A DNA stretch of 51,168 bases from a virus (taxonomy: Duplodnaviria; Caudoviricetes): the IMG/VR virus record IMGVR_UViG_3300023099_000120, positions 1 through 51,168 of that record; one strand, given 5' to 3'. A program made the translations under genes and the position numbers. This document shows, one piece after another, positions 10,058-18,548 of the stretch. Under the pieces are notes generated by a model. That model was not told where the DNA came from. It saw nothing but the letters and a program-made list of their open reading frames with translations, and did no database searches. Position 1 is the first letter of the stretch. The number at the start of each line of letters is the position of its first letter.

Positions 10058-10312
10058 GTGAAAACAATCTTCTTAAATATGGGAAATATCATCATCGATA
10101 AAATCGAAACCGAAAAAATAGTTACATCTGTCTGGGTCGCAAAAACTACAATCTATACTCCAACTAAAACCGATATAGAAATGAAAGGAGAAAGCGAAAT
10201 CAACGCTTACAAAAAGCTAATTGATTTTTTAAAATGCGAGCAAAAACCTAGAGAGGTTAAAACGCTGCCGAACGGAAACAAAATCTATCACTTTAAAAAT
10301 CCAACCACATGA
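10058..10312 (+). CDS. Hypothetical protein
   Basis: GTG start, ATGA overlap with the next gene. Confidence 0.6.
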   Translation: MKTIFLNMGNIIIDKIETEKIVTSVWVAKTTIYTPTKTDIEMKGESEINAYKKLIDFLKCEQKPREVKTLPNGNKIYHFKNPTT

Positions 10313-10716
10313 AAACATCAAATGCATTTAAAGAAGCCATAAAAAAATATTTAGATGAAAGAGCATCGACCGATCAGCTTTTTGCCGTGACTTATAGTAA
10401 GGAAAATAAGTCTTTAGAGGAGTGTTGTAATTATGTTACACAATGTGCTCAGAAAGGTGGTTGTGGCGGTTATAGTGATGAAGAGGTCTTCGGATGGGCC
10501 ATACATTATTATGATGAAGATGACATAAAAAACATTAAACCAATCAAGGCAAAAGTAATTGTAAATCATAATGTGGAACTTACTTCAATAGATATAGAAG
10601 AAGCAAAAAAAATTGCGTTTGAACGTGTTATTTCAGAAGAAAAGGAGCGTTTGAAAAAGAAAGTCTCGCATAAAAAGCCAGAGTCAGGAAGCACTGTTCA
10701 ATCCGAATTATTTTGA
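10309..10716 (+). CDS. PcfK-like protein (AcrIIA9-related family)
   Basis: FKEAIKKYLD..A..D.LFA...KSLEECCNY...EVFGWAIHYYDED; upstream of PcfJ-like gene. Confidence 0.85.
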   Translation: MKTSNAFKEAIKKYLDERASTDQLFAVTYSKENKSLEECCNYVTQCAQKGGCGGYSDEEVFGWAIHYYDEDDIKNIKPIKAKVIVNHNVELTSIDIEEAKKIAFERVISEEKERLKKKVSHKKPESGSTVQSELF

Positions 10717-10719
10717 ATT

Positions 10720-12078
10720 ATGAAACCAAAAACCAGATTGCAAGTAGAAGTTTGGAATCTTCATAAGAAACTTTCCGAACCAATAGAACATGAGCCGTTT
10801 GTCATTTCAAAGCATGATTTTTATTACACCACTCACTATAAGAACCTTGTATGCTTAGAATGTAACCACACGTGGAAACCAGAAACTGAAACTAAAAAAA
10901 ATGTTTCAAATGTAATCTGTCCTTCGTGCAAAAAGAAAGTGAAAAAACTGGCTATTCATAACGGGCAGTTTATTAGAATACTAAGTTATTCTGTCGTTCA
11001 GGTCGTTGACAGATTTCAGGTCTTTCGATATTATTCTTGCTGGAAAATCATGGATAAAAATAAAAAACCAAGATATAACTTCCGAAGTTTATTTGAAGAA
11101 TGGACTGAGTACGATAAAAATAAGAAAGTAGTAATAGGTAAAAATACTACCTGGTCCGGTGATGGATTTAGTTCCTCTGATTACGAAGTTCGTTATAATA
11201 ATCCACGATACGGTCAAAGTGAATACGATCGATTTGCATCTGATTTTAATTGTCCTGGTGCAGAGTTTCATCCGAGGTTTAAAAAATATGGTCTCAGTGT
11301 AGATTTTCATAATTGTGACTATCGTTACCTACTCAATAAACTTGAAAGAAGTTCACAAATTGAAACTCTTTTAAAAGCGAAACAAAAAGAACTTTTGTTT
11401 TATGCGGTCCATAAAGATGAACGGTATTATTCGTTTTGGCCACAAATAAAGATCGTGCTCCGAAATAAATACAAAATTAAAGATGCCGGTATGTGGTACG
11501 ACTACTTGGAATTGTTGAAATACTTCAAAAAGGATATCCGAAATCCAAAAATAATTCTGCCTAAAAACCTTAAGAAGGCGCACAATGAATTTGTCGTGAA
11601 AAAGCAAAAATGTATAGATAAGGAAAGAGCCGCACAAGAAGTGAAGCGCCAAGAGAATGAGAGATTACGTGCCGAAGCTGAAACTGCTCTAAAAAATATA
11701 AAGACTGAAGTATTTAAAGGTTTCTCATTAAAACAGGGAAAGCTTTTAATTGTTCCATTGATTGAAGATAATGATGTTAAGGAAGAAGGTAAAATATTAA
11801 AACATTGCGTTCATACAAATAACTATCATAAAAAGTCTGGTATACTACTTATGTCCGCTAGAATTGATGGCAATCGGATTGAAACAATTGAGATTTCATT
11901 AGCAACATATTCAATTATTCAGTGCCGTGGATTCGATAATAAACCAACCGAATTTCACGATCAAATTATTGATGCCATAAAGAAAAATATGGGCAAGATC
12001 TCGAGATTAGTTGAAAAGCAAAAGCAATTTAAAGAGGTTGACTCAAAATTAAAAAATCTGCAAAATCACGCAGCATAA
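10720..12078 (+). CDS. PcfJ-like protein
   Basis: N-terminal CxxC..CxxC; WYDYL...LKKAHN; EEG..LKHCV; ETIE...IIQCRG..N. Confidence 0.85.
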   Translation: MKPKTRLQVEVWNLHKKLSEPIEHEPFVISKHDFYYTTHYKNLVCLECNHTWKPETETKKNVSNVICPSCKKKVKKLAIHNGQFIRILSYSVVQVVDRFQVFRYYSCWKIMDKNKKPRYNFRSLFEEWTEYDKNKKVVIGKNTTWSGDGFSSSDYEVRYNNPRYGQSEYDRFASDFNCPGAEFHPRFKKYGLSVDFHNCDYRYLLNKLERSSQIETLLKAKQKELLFYAVHKDERYYSFWPQIKIVLRNKYKIKDAGMWYDYLELLKYFKKDIRNPKIILPKNLKKAHNEFVVKKQKCIDKERAAQEVKRQENERLRAEAETALKNIKTEVFKGFSLKQGKLLIVPLIEDNDVKEEGKILKHCVHTNNYHKKSGILLMSARIDGNRIETIEISLATYSIIQCRGFDNKPTEFHDQIIDAIKKNMGKISRLVEKQKQFKEVDSKLKNLQNHAA

Positions 12079-12095
12079 CCACTAAAAACAACATC

Positions 12096-13211
12096 ATGAA
12101 CTTCATTCTAAATAGTAAAAATTTACTCGACAAGCTATTAATTCTAAACGGAGTTATCAATTCGTCAAATACGCTTCCAATTCTGGATTGCTTTTTATTT
12201 GAAATCGATGGAAATCAATTAAAAATTACAGCCTCAGACTTAGAAACTACTATTACTTCAACGCTTGAAATTACCTCATCAGACAAAGGATCAATTGCGG
12301 TACCATCCCGAATGCTGATCGATATACTAAAAGCTTTCCCGGAACAGCCGCTTGATTTTTTTGTCAATGAAAATAGCACGATCGATATTAATTCCGGCGC
12401 TGGAGTTTATTCGATAGCTTATGCACTTGCAAAAGAGTATCCGCAAGCTGTACTAATCGAAGATCCTCAAACCGCAACGATCAATTCTAAAATTTTAGGA
12501 AAGGCGATCACTAAAACAATTTTCGCAACTGGTACCGATGATTTAAGACCGGCCATGAGCGGAGTGTTATTTCAATTTTCGCCTTTGGGATTAAATTTTG
12601 TTGCGACTGATGCGCATAAATTGGTAAAATACCAAAGATCCGATATTACATCTGCAGAGGAAATTGATTTCATTGTTCCTAAGAAACCTCTGAATGTTCT
12701 AAAAGGAATTCTCTCGACATTGGATATCGATGTTTTAATTTCCTTTAATCAGACAAATGCAATTTTCACTTTTGAAGATTATGTTTTAATGTGTCGTTTA
12801 GTTGATGCCACTTATCCAAAATATGAAAACGTAATACCAAAGGATAATCCAAACAAGGCAATTATTGACAGATCTAAACTTTTAAGTTCCGTTAAGTGTG
12901 TTTCTATTTTTGCAAACAAAACAACAAAACAAGTTGCGTTGAACTTCACTGGCAATGAAATTAATCTTTCTTCTGAAGATGTGGACTATTCTAACAAGGC
13001 AGATGAGCGCCTAAATTGTAATTACGAAGGTCAAGATACTAAAATCGGTTTCAATGCGAAATACCTCGCTGAAATGATCAGCAATTTAAGTTCAGAAGAA
13101 ATCAAATTCGAATTTTCTTTACCAAATCGAGCTGCGATTTTAACTCCGATTGATGATCAGGATGATCAAGAGAAGATCCTGATGTTAATTATGCCGTCAT
13201 TAATAAACTAA
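12096..13211 (+). CDS. dnaN: DNA polymerase III beta sliding clamp
   Basis: TLPILD.FLF, ASDLET, ATDAHKL, GFNAKYL, LIMP; 371 aa. Confidence 0.96.
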   Translation: MNFILNSKNLLDKLLILNGVINSSNTLPILDCFLFEIDGNQLKITASDLETTITSTLEITSSDKGSIAVPSRMLIDILKAFPEQPLDFFVNENSTIDINSGAGVYSIAYALAKEYPQAVLIEDPQTATINSKILGKAITKTIFATGTDDLRPAMSGVLFQFSPLGLNFVATDAHKLVKYQRSDITSAEEIDFIVPKKPLNVLKGILSTLDIDVLISFNQTNAIFTFEDYVLMCRLVDATYPKYENVIPKDNPNKAIIDRSKLLSSVKCVSIFANKTTKQVALNFTGNEINLSSEDVDYSNKADERLNCNYEGQDTKIGFNAKYLAEMISNLSSEEIKFEFSLPNRAAILTPIDDQDDQEKILMLIMPSLIN

Positions 13212-13334
13212 TATAAATCCTTTTTCTATAGAAGAATCTTTGCTTGTCGGCAAGGTAGCTAGTTATAATGTGTTAAGATTGGGAGAAAAAGGGAAAAGTT
13301 TCATTAACCCAATCAAATTATAATCAGACTTTTT

Positions 13335-13360
13335 AACCGCCCGTAATTGGGCGGTTTTTT
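13335..13360 (+). terminator. Intrinsic terminator
   Basis: AACCGCCC-GTAATT-GGGCGGTT followed by a T-tract. Confidence 0.85.
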
Positions 13361-13381
13361 ATTAACTAAAATGAAAAAATC

Positions 13382-13513
13382 ATGTATACCACATTAGCAG
13401 TTTTAGGAATGGGATTTATCATTTTCACGCTTTACATCTTGTGTGATACGATAACAGAATCTTTGAGTGAAGGAAAGACTTTCACAACTAACGAATTAAA
13501 AGGATTTATATAA
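13382..13513 (+). CDS. Small membrane protein (43 aa; not in ORF track)
   Basis: MYTTLAVLGMGFIIFTLYILCD...; TAATG coupling with the next ORF. Confidence 0.6.
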   Translation: MYTTLAVLGMGFIIFTLYILCDTITESLSEGKTFTTNELKGFI

Positions 13514-13836
13514 TGGAATTTATAGATGGAGAATTTGAATATGAATTTTCTGAATTAGAAGAAATGGAAATGCCAACGCCTTGTCAAAAATGTGGAGAAT
13601 GGTTTGATCTTCATGATGGATCCGCTTCGGAAAAGTGGTTCCCAAGAACTATAATTTGTCCGACATGTGGAGAAAAGGAACAAAACATCATTGAAGTTGA
13701 ACAGGATATTGAAGATATGCAAGATGAAATAGACCAGGCTCAAGATTCGATTGCTGAAGCTACCGAGACTATCTCTGAGAACACTGGAAAAATACTTGAA
13801 TTGCAAGATAAACTTAAGATCCTGGAAGAGGAATAA
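13513..13836 (+). CDS. Acidic zinc-ribbon/coiled-coil protein
   Basis: CQKC...CPTC then a highly acidic heptad-like tail. Confidence 0.7.
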   Translation: MEFIDGEFEYEFSELEEMEMPTPCQKCGEWFDLHDGSASEKWFPRTIICPTCGEKEQNIIEVEQDIEDMQDEIDQAQDSIAEATETISENTGKILELQDKLKILEEE

Positions 13837-13855
13837 CATTTAAAAAAAAACAAAT

Positions 13856-14317
13856 ATGAAAACAGTTTATAAAAATATGGAAGTGCTTAAAAAATTATAC
13901 GATAACATCACTAAATCTCAATTAATAAGCGATGATGCAAAAACAATTGTCGCTGCTTTTATCGTTAATGAAGTTGAATATTTAGATCAGAATCCTATCT
14001 CCGGTGTCGAAATGATCAACATTGAACGTGATAGGCAAATTAATGAATTAGGCTACGATTATACTAATGATTGCTTATATGCGAACAATCAATTGTCAGA
14101 TGCCGCAATATGCTATGCAATGACACCTGATACAAGAGATTTTGAAAATGAAGAAGGTGCTTCATTGAACTTAGCAATATGGCCATGGGATGATAAGTAT
14201 TGGAAGCCAGCACCAGAAGATAGAGTTAGAGAACTGGTAAAAGCCGGTGCTCTAATAGCAGCGCAAATTGATTATGAATTATCTAAAGTAAGTTCAGATC
14301 AAAAGCCTCAACCGTAA
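13856..14317 (+). CDS. Conserved hypothetical phage protein
   Basis: ER.RQ....G...WPWD..YWKP....RELVKAGALIAAQID motif common in phages. Confidence 0.8.
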   Translation: MKTVYKNMEVLKKLYDNITKSQLISDDAKTIVAAFIVNEVEYLDQNPISGVEMINIERDRQINELGYDYTNDCLYANNQLSDAAICYAMTPDTRDFENEEGASLNLAIWPWDDKYWKPAPEDRVRELVKAGALIAAQIDYELSKVSSDQKPQP

Positions 14318-14328
14318 AATCCTGTATT

Positions 14329-14634
14329 ACGAAAAAAGATAAGCCAAAATTATATTTTAAGACTATCGATGATACGTTTTGCAGCTCCTTAGAAAGTCAC
14401 TTGCAAGATGCAAAGAATGAAGGTTTAGAAGAAGTTACTTTGATCGAGGCGGATCCGGATAATGACAATCCAGACTTTATTTGGTGTACAAGTGAAGGTG
14501 AATGTGTCGAAAGGCATATGTGTAAAAAATCACTATGCTCTAGCTATAATTCTAAATCGGGCAGAGGCGTATGTTCCGACCGTGGGAATTTATATCAGCA
14601 TGGAGATGAGGTTTTATTTAAAATAGAAAAGTAA
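14329..14634 (+). CDS. Cys-rich hypothetical protein; start uncertain (ACG 14329 or TTG 14401)
   Basis: Frame open from 14287 with no ATG near the 5' end; attACGaaaaaagat resembles a start context. Confidence 0.55.
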   Translation, partial: TKKDKPKLYFKTIDDTFCSSLESHLQDAKNEGLEEVTLIEADPDNDNPDFIWCTSEGECVERHMCKKSLCSSYNSKSGRGVCSDRGNLYQHGDEVLFKIEK

Positions 14635-14642
14635 TAGCAATC

Positions 14643-14668
14643 AAAGGTGTCGAATTCGACACCTTTTT
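14643..14668 (+). terminator. Perfect 24-bp palindrome, probable terminator
   Basis: AAAGGTGTCGAATTCGACACCTTT followed by TT. Confidence 0.6.
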
Positions 14669-14682
14669 AATACATCATATTT

Positions 14683-15165
14683 ATGAAAACAGAAAACCTG
14701 GTTAAAATTTTTAGCTACATAGTCGCAATTATATTCATTTTTGGAGCATCTAAATTAAATGCTCAATCTCAATTATCCGTTATGGCAGGATATAAAGCAA
14801 TTGAAGTTTCAGGCGCTTATACAGCAGAAAACGAGCTAATTTTTGGAGTTGCAATATCTGCAGTAGATTCAAAAATAACACAGAAAAGAGCAAATACAAA
14901 TGATAGAGGTTCTAATCACGAATTCGAATCAGATTATACGCCAGCTACATTTGGTTTAATTGGCGCTAAGTTCGATGAATTATCCATCATTGGCAAAATC
15001 GGCGGCGCTTATATCAAACAAAAAATCAACGGTAAACCCGAACCGCAAAACATCTATTTAGCGGTTGGAGTGATCATCGATTATAAAGTATCAGAATTGA
15101 CGGGCCTAAGAGTTTCTTATGATGCTGTTAGTGGTCCAATGGCCGGAATCAGTTTAAACTTATAG
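14683..15165 (+). CDS. Exported, probable outer-membrane beta-barrel protein
   Basis: Signal peptide ending LNA-Q; alternating amphipathic Gly/aromatic strands; C-terminal strand AGISLNL. Confidence 0.65.
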   Translation: MKTENLVKIFSYIVAIIFIFGASKLNAQSQLSVMAGYKAIEVSGAYTAENELIFGVAISAVDSKITQKRANTNDRGSNHEFESDYTPATFGLIGAKFDELSIIGKIGGAYIKQKINGKPEPQNIYLAVGVIIDYKVSELTGLRVSYDAVSGPMAGISLNL

Positions 15166-15176
15166 ACTAGTGGAAA

Positions 15177-15473
15177 CTACCTTAACCACTCTTCTAACCA
15201 TAGTACATAACTTGAAATCTGAAAAAATAAATGATTATCAACTTTGTCTTCTTTAAAGTGCTTTTCAATATACTCTCTGTCTTCTCTATTTTGTATTTTT
15301 TCTACCAAAGATTTACTAAGTGCATCATTATTAATAAGTGTATAAAGATCTTTTATCAAGACTTCGTATTGTATTTTGTCAATAGTTCCGCGGCTAGATT
15401 GATTATTAAATTGTTTATGTGATTCTTTACTATAGGCTTTGAGATCTGCACTTAATTTCTGTCTAGTGGTCAT
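15177..15473 (-). CDS. Hypothetical moron protein
   Basis: Opposite strand with its own TAAATTTG -7 element at 15501-15508. Confidence 0.7.
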   Translation of the reverse strand: MTTRQKLSADLKAYSKESHKQFNNQSSRGTIDKIQYEVLIKDLYTLINNDALSKSLVEKIQNREDREYIEKHFKEDKVDNHLFFQISSYVLWLEEWLR

Positions 15474-15588
15474 TATTTTATTAGATTAAAAGTTTATTTA
15501 CAAATTTAAGGCTTAATTACAAGCCTTTTACAGGTGTCGTTTCCTTTTTTTACAAACAAAAAATAGTTTACAAAATAAAATTTAAATT

Positions 15589-16089
15589 ATGAAAGCACTT
15601 TCAGTAAAGAATCCTTGGGGGTACTTGATTGTACTCGGAATCAAAGACATTGAAAATAGATCCTGGCGTACTAATTTCAGAGGAACATGCTATATTCATG
15701 TATCTGGACAGATTTACCCATTCTTCAAAGGAAATAATTTGGCTTTTCCAGCAGATCAATGGGCGGATATAAACAAAGTAATTGATCTTAAAATTCCAGG
15801 TGAAAAAGAAAAGTTTTTTATAACCTCAGCAATTATTGGCCAAGTTGAAATAATCGACTGCGTTCAGAATCATCCGTCAATTTGGGCAGAAAAAGCAGCT
15901 CCCGAAGAAAACCCAATTTGGAACTGGGTTCTTGCAAATCCGGTCCTTTATGATAAACCAATTTTAAACGTAAAAGGTAAACTTGGGTTTTGGAATATTG
16001 AACTCGATGTTTGTAATTATTGTCTTCAGTGGTGTAAAAAGCTAGTAGATGGTTTTGGATGTAAGGAGTGTTCTGAAAAATATAGATAA
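15589..16089 (+). CDS. ASCH-domain protein
   Basis: KALSVKNPWG.LI..GIKDIENRSW..FRG..YIH; KGKLGFW. Confidence 0.9.
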   Translation: MKALSVKNPWGYLIVLGIKDIENRSWRTNFRGTCYIHVSGQIYPFFKGNNLAFPADQWADINKVIDLKIPGEKEKFFITSAIIGQVEIIDCVQNHPSIWAEKAAPEENPIWNWVLANPVLYDKPILNVKGKLGFWNIELDVCNYCLQWCKKLVDGFGCKECSEKYR

Positions 16090-16095
16090 TAAAGT

Positions 16096-16194
16096 ATGAA
16101 AAAAGATATAATATGTTGGTGGAGTGGCGGTGTGAATGATTTAGATGATCGTAACCCGACAGAAAAACAGATTAATTTTGATATCGCTTCTTAA
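16096..16194 (+). pseudogene. Internally deleted remnant of a PAPS-reductase-like (PP-loop) gene
   Basis: 32 aa MKKDIICWWSGGV|NDLDDRNPTEKQINFDIAS; PP-loop-type N-terminus joined to a C-terminus-like tail. Confidence 0.55.
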
Positions 16195-16222
16195 ATTTTA
16201 ATTAATCAATTGCAGTTAGAAC

Positions 16223-16255
16223 AAAACTCAACAGTATAGTCTGTTGAGTTTTTTT
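16223..16255. terminator. Bidirectional terminator between convergent genes
   Basis: AAAACTCAACAG/CTGTTGAGTTTT. Confidence 0.85.
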
Positions 16256-16260
16256 AATTT

Positions 16261-17079
16261 CTAATTATATTTCGCTAAATAATCGTAAAAATATCTTCCT
16301 TTTTCAGTTATTGTAATTTTATCTTGTACGCTTATAATGATTAGTCCCAGACCTACGAATTTATTTAATTGGTCTGAGTTTGCTTTGCTCTTTGGCGGTC
16401 CAAATGCATTGCTTTCACATAAACCTAAGAAACTCTCTTTATCAAATTTTGTAAGTACAGCATTTATAGCTGATAATTGATCAAGTAAAATAGTTTCTTT
16501 ATCAATTGAATTTGTTTTTTTATATTTCTCGTTTAAAATATCGTACGTCACACGAAGGTCATCTAATTTCTCGTTTAGATCATGTTCTTTAGTAACTAAT
16601 CTATTTATCTCCTTGGCATTCCTGGCGTTTATTTCTTCAATTTCTTTTAATAATGCATCATTTTTACTGGTCAAGTCTTTTATTAGACTTGTTCCCGCTT
16701 TTGCGTCTATCACTTTTTTTTCTGCAATTGCTTCAAGTTCCTTTTGATCATACTTAGCAAGTTTTGCGCTGTTTTTTTTCTCTAGTTTTGATTCAGAATA
16801 ATAGTTAAGTACTTTATCAAAAAGCATATTTACATAAGGCAGACCCATAATATAAAAAAGAGCAATGAGAAGTGGAACTACATAGTTGTACCAATTACAG
16901 TAATTTTCTTCAATCCATTCAATTCGACAGTGCACCGGCCAATCTGCGTAAAATAATATTGCGACTGCTCTCCAATTAAAAAGTAAATATGATAACAAAA
17001 ACGATCCAACGAAAGGGCTTTTGATTCTTTCTCTATAACTGTCATATATGCTTTGAAAAATTTCCTTAATTGTTTCCAT
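16261..17079 (-). CDS. Membrane protein: 2 TM, coiled coil, wHTH-like tail
   Basis: ERIKSPF.GSF..S....NW N-terminus, two hydrophobic helices, C-terminal ITEKGR; TATGTTTG promoter at 17096-17103. Confidence 0.8.
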   Translation of the reverse strand: METIKEIFQSIYDSYRERIKSPFVGSFLLSYLLFNWRAVAILFYADWPVHCRIEWIEENYCNWYNYVVPLLIALFYIMGLPYVNMLFDKVLNYYSESKLEKKNSAKLAKYDQKELEAIAEKKVIDAKAGTSLIKDLTSKNDALLKEIEEINARNAKEINRLVTKEHDLNEKLDDLRVTYDILNEKYKKTNSIDKETILLDQLSAINAVLTKFDKESFLGLCESNAFGPPKSKANSDQLNKFVGLGLIIISVQDKITITEKGRYFYDYLAKYN

Positions 17080-17095
17080 TCATTTTTAATTTTGG

Positions 17096-17226
17096 CAAAC
17101 ATAGGATTTTAATTGAAGTTTCCAAATAACTTAACAATAGTGTGAAGCTAAAACAGGTATTTATACCTGTTTTTGCAATGGTCAGTTTTACACTTCATAA
17201 TTTAATAAAATAAAACTGTATGTTTG
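17096..17226. promoter_or_regulatory. Divergent promoters with central palindrome
   Basis: TATGTTTG on - (17096-17103) and on + (17219-17226); AAAACAGGTA-TTTA-TACCTGTTTT palindrome at about 17149-17173. Confidence 0.6.
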
Positions 17227-17353
17227 CTAAAATTTGATAGCAGAAGATAATTATGGAAATTTTCTAAAAGCTATAGATTTAACAGCACGCATGGAAGTAA
17301 TGTTTTTAATATATCGGCATTATTATTGCATAAACAATTTAATATAAAGATAA

Positions 17354-18310
17354 ATGATAGAAAAGTACTGGGACCCAATTTATAATTTTTACAAAAAAAA
17401 TGTGCTCTATATCATAGCGTTTTTATCCATAATTATTTTACTTATTGCCTACACATGTTTTGAAAAGGATTTCTGGGCTTTCGATGTTTTAAAAAGTCTT
17501 GGTTTTACATTGATATCTGGAGGTGTATTTGCTGTAATAGTAAAATCAGAACAGTTTTCTAATATATTTCAGAATGAGTTGCGTAATATTATTTATGGGG
17601 ATGAAGACTTAAAAAAAAGGGTCGACTTAGAAGAACTTTGGGACAAAGTAACGAAAGCTCTTTGTAATCAGAAATTCAAACTAATTAGTAAAAAATTGCA
17701 TGATGGTGTAAAAATATGTTATTTGCCAATCAATCATGAGTTTTATTATCGAGATCACAAAGTTGAAATTCATATCGAAATTGATAAGGAAAATCCAGAA
17801 TATGTAATTGTAAACGAACAAACTGAAACAACATTAATTTCAGAAGATACAAAGGAAATATGTTATAAATTTTCAAGTAGTATTCCGTTAATTGCAGGAG
17901 AAGAAGAATTAACTACATATGAAGTTTCAAATTTTACAGTCGACAAAGAGAAAAAAGTATTATCTGCTGATGAATTAGTAATAGTTAAAAAGGATAATTA
18001 TTTAAACGCGTACTGTCATTATAAAGTCAGTGGAAAAAAGAAATATAAAATAATACGAGTGGAAAAAAAACGATATAATCTTAAGGCAAATCCGTATAGA
18101 CAGCATAATGCAATTTGGTTATATCAAAACTTTTCATTAGATTTAATATATTCAAAAGAATTAAAAATTGATTTTATTGAAATGGGGGTCGTAAATAAAT
18201 TCGAAACTAATTTAAAAGATCACTTAGGGACACATAATAGATTAAATGCTCATTACGAGGGGCTTATATTTACGAAACAGGGGTTTATTTTGTTGTTAAA
18301 CAAACTTTAA
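17354..18310 (+). CDS. Membrane protein: 2 N-terminal TM and a beta-rich soluble domain
   Basis: 318 aa, very AT-rich; no family recognised. Confidence 0.8.
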   Translation: MIEKYWDPIYNFYKKNVLYIIAFLSIIILLIAYTCFEKDFWAFDVLKSLGFTLISGGVFAVIVKSEQFSNIFQNELRNIIYGDEDLKKRVDLEELWDKVTKALCNQKFKLISKKLHDGVKICYLPINHEFYYRDHKVEIHIEIDKENPEYVIVNEQTETTLISEDTKEICYKFSSSIPLIAGEEELTTYEVSNFTVDKEKKVLSADELVIVKKDNYLNAYCHYKVSGKKKYKIIRVEKKRYNLKANPYRQHNAIWLYQNFSLDLIYSKELKIDFIEMGVVNKFETNLKDHLGTHNRLNAHYEGLIFTKQGFILLLNKL

Positions 18311-18327
18311 AAAAATTAAAATAATCA

Positions 18328-18356
18328 TTGGATATTTAAATAAAAGAATATCTTTG
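18328..18356 (+). promoter_or_regulatory. Bacteroidota sigma-A promoter
   Basis: TTG (18328) - 18 nt - TATCTTTG (18349). Confidence 0.6.
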
Positions 18357-18399
18357 GAAAGAAATTGTAATGCACTAAATCAATTTAAAATCAAATATT

Positions 18400-18438
18400 A
18401 TGGAAAAAATGGCGAAACAAGATGTAGTTCATGGTTAA
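18400..18438 (+). CDS. 12-aa peptide MEKMAKQDVVHG
   Basis: A-rich initiation context; lies between a promoter and a terminator. Confidence 0.45.
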   Translation: MEKMAKQDVVHG

Positions 18439-18476
18439 CCGATGAATACAACTAAAATTACAATTATCACTACTAT

Positions 18477-18501
18477 AGCCACTCAATTGAGTGGCTTTTT
18501 T
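18477..18501 (+). terminator. Intrinsic terminator
   Basis: AGCCACTCAATTGAGTGGCT followed by TTTTT. Confidence 0.85.
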
Positions 18502-18548
18502 ATTTGCTCTATAGTAATGTTTCAGTAGATATTTATATTTAATAAAGC

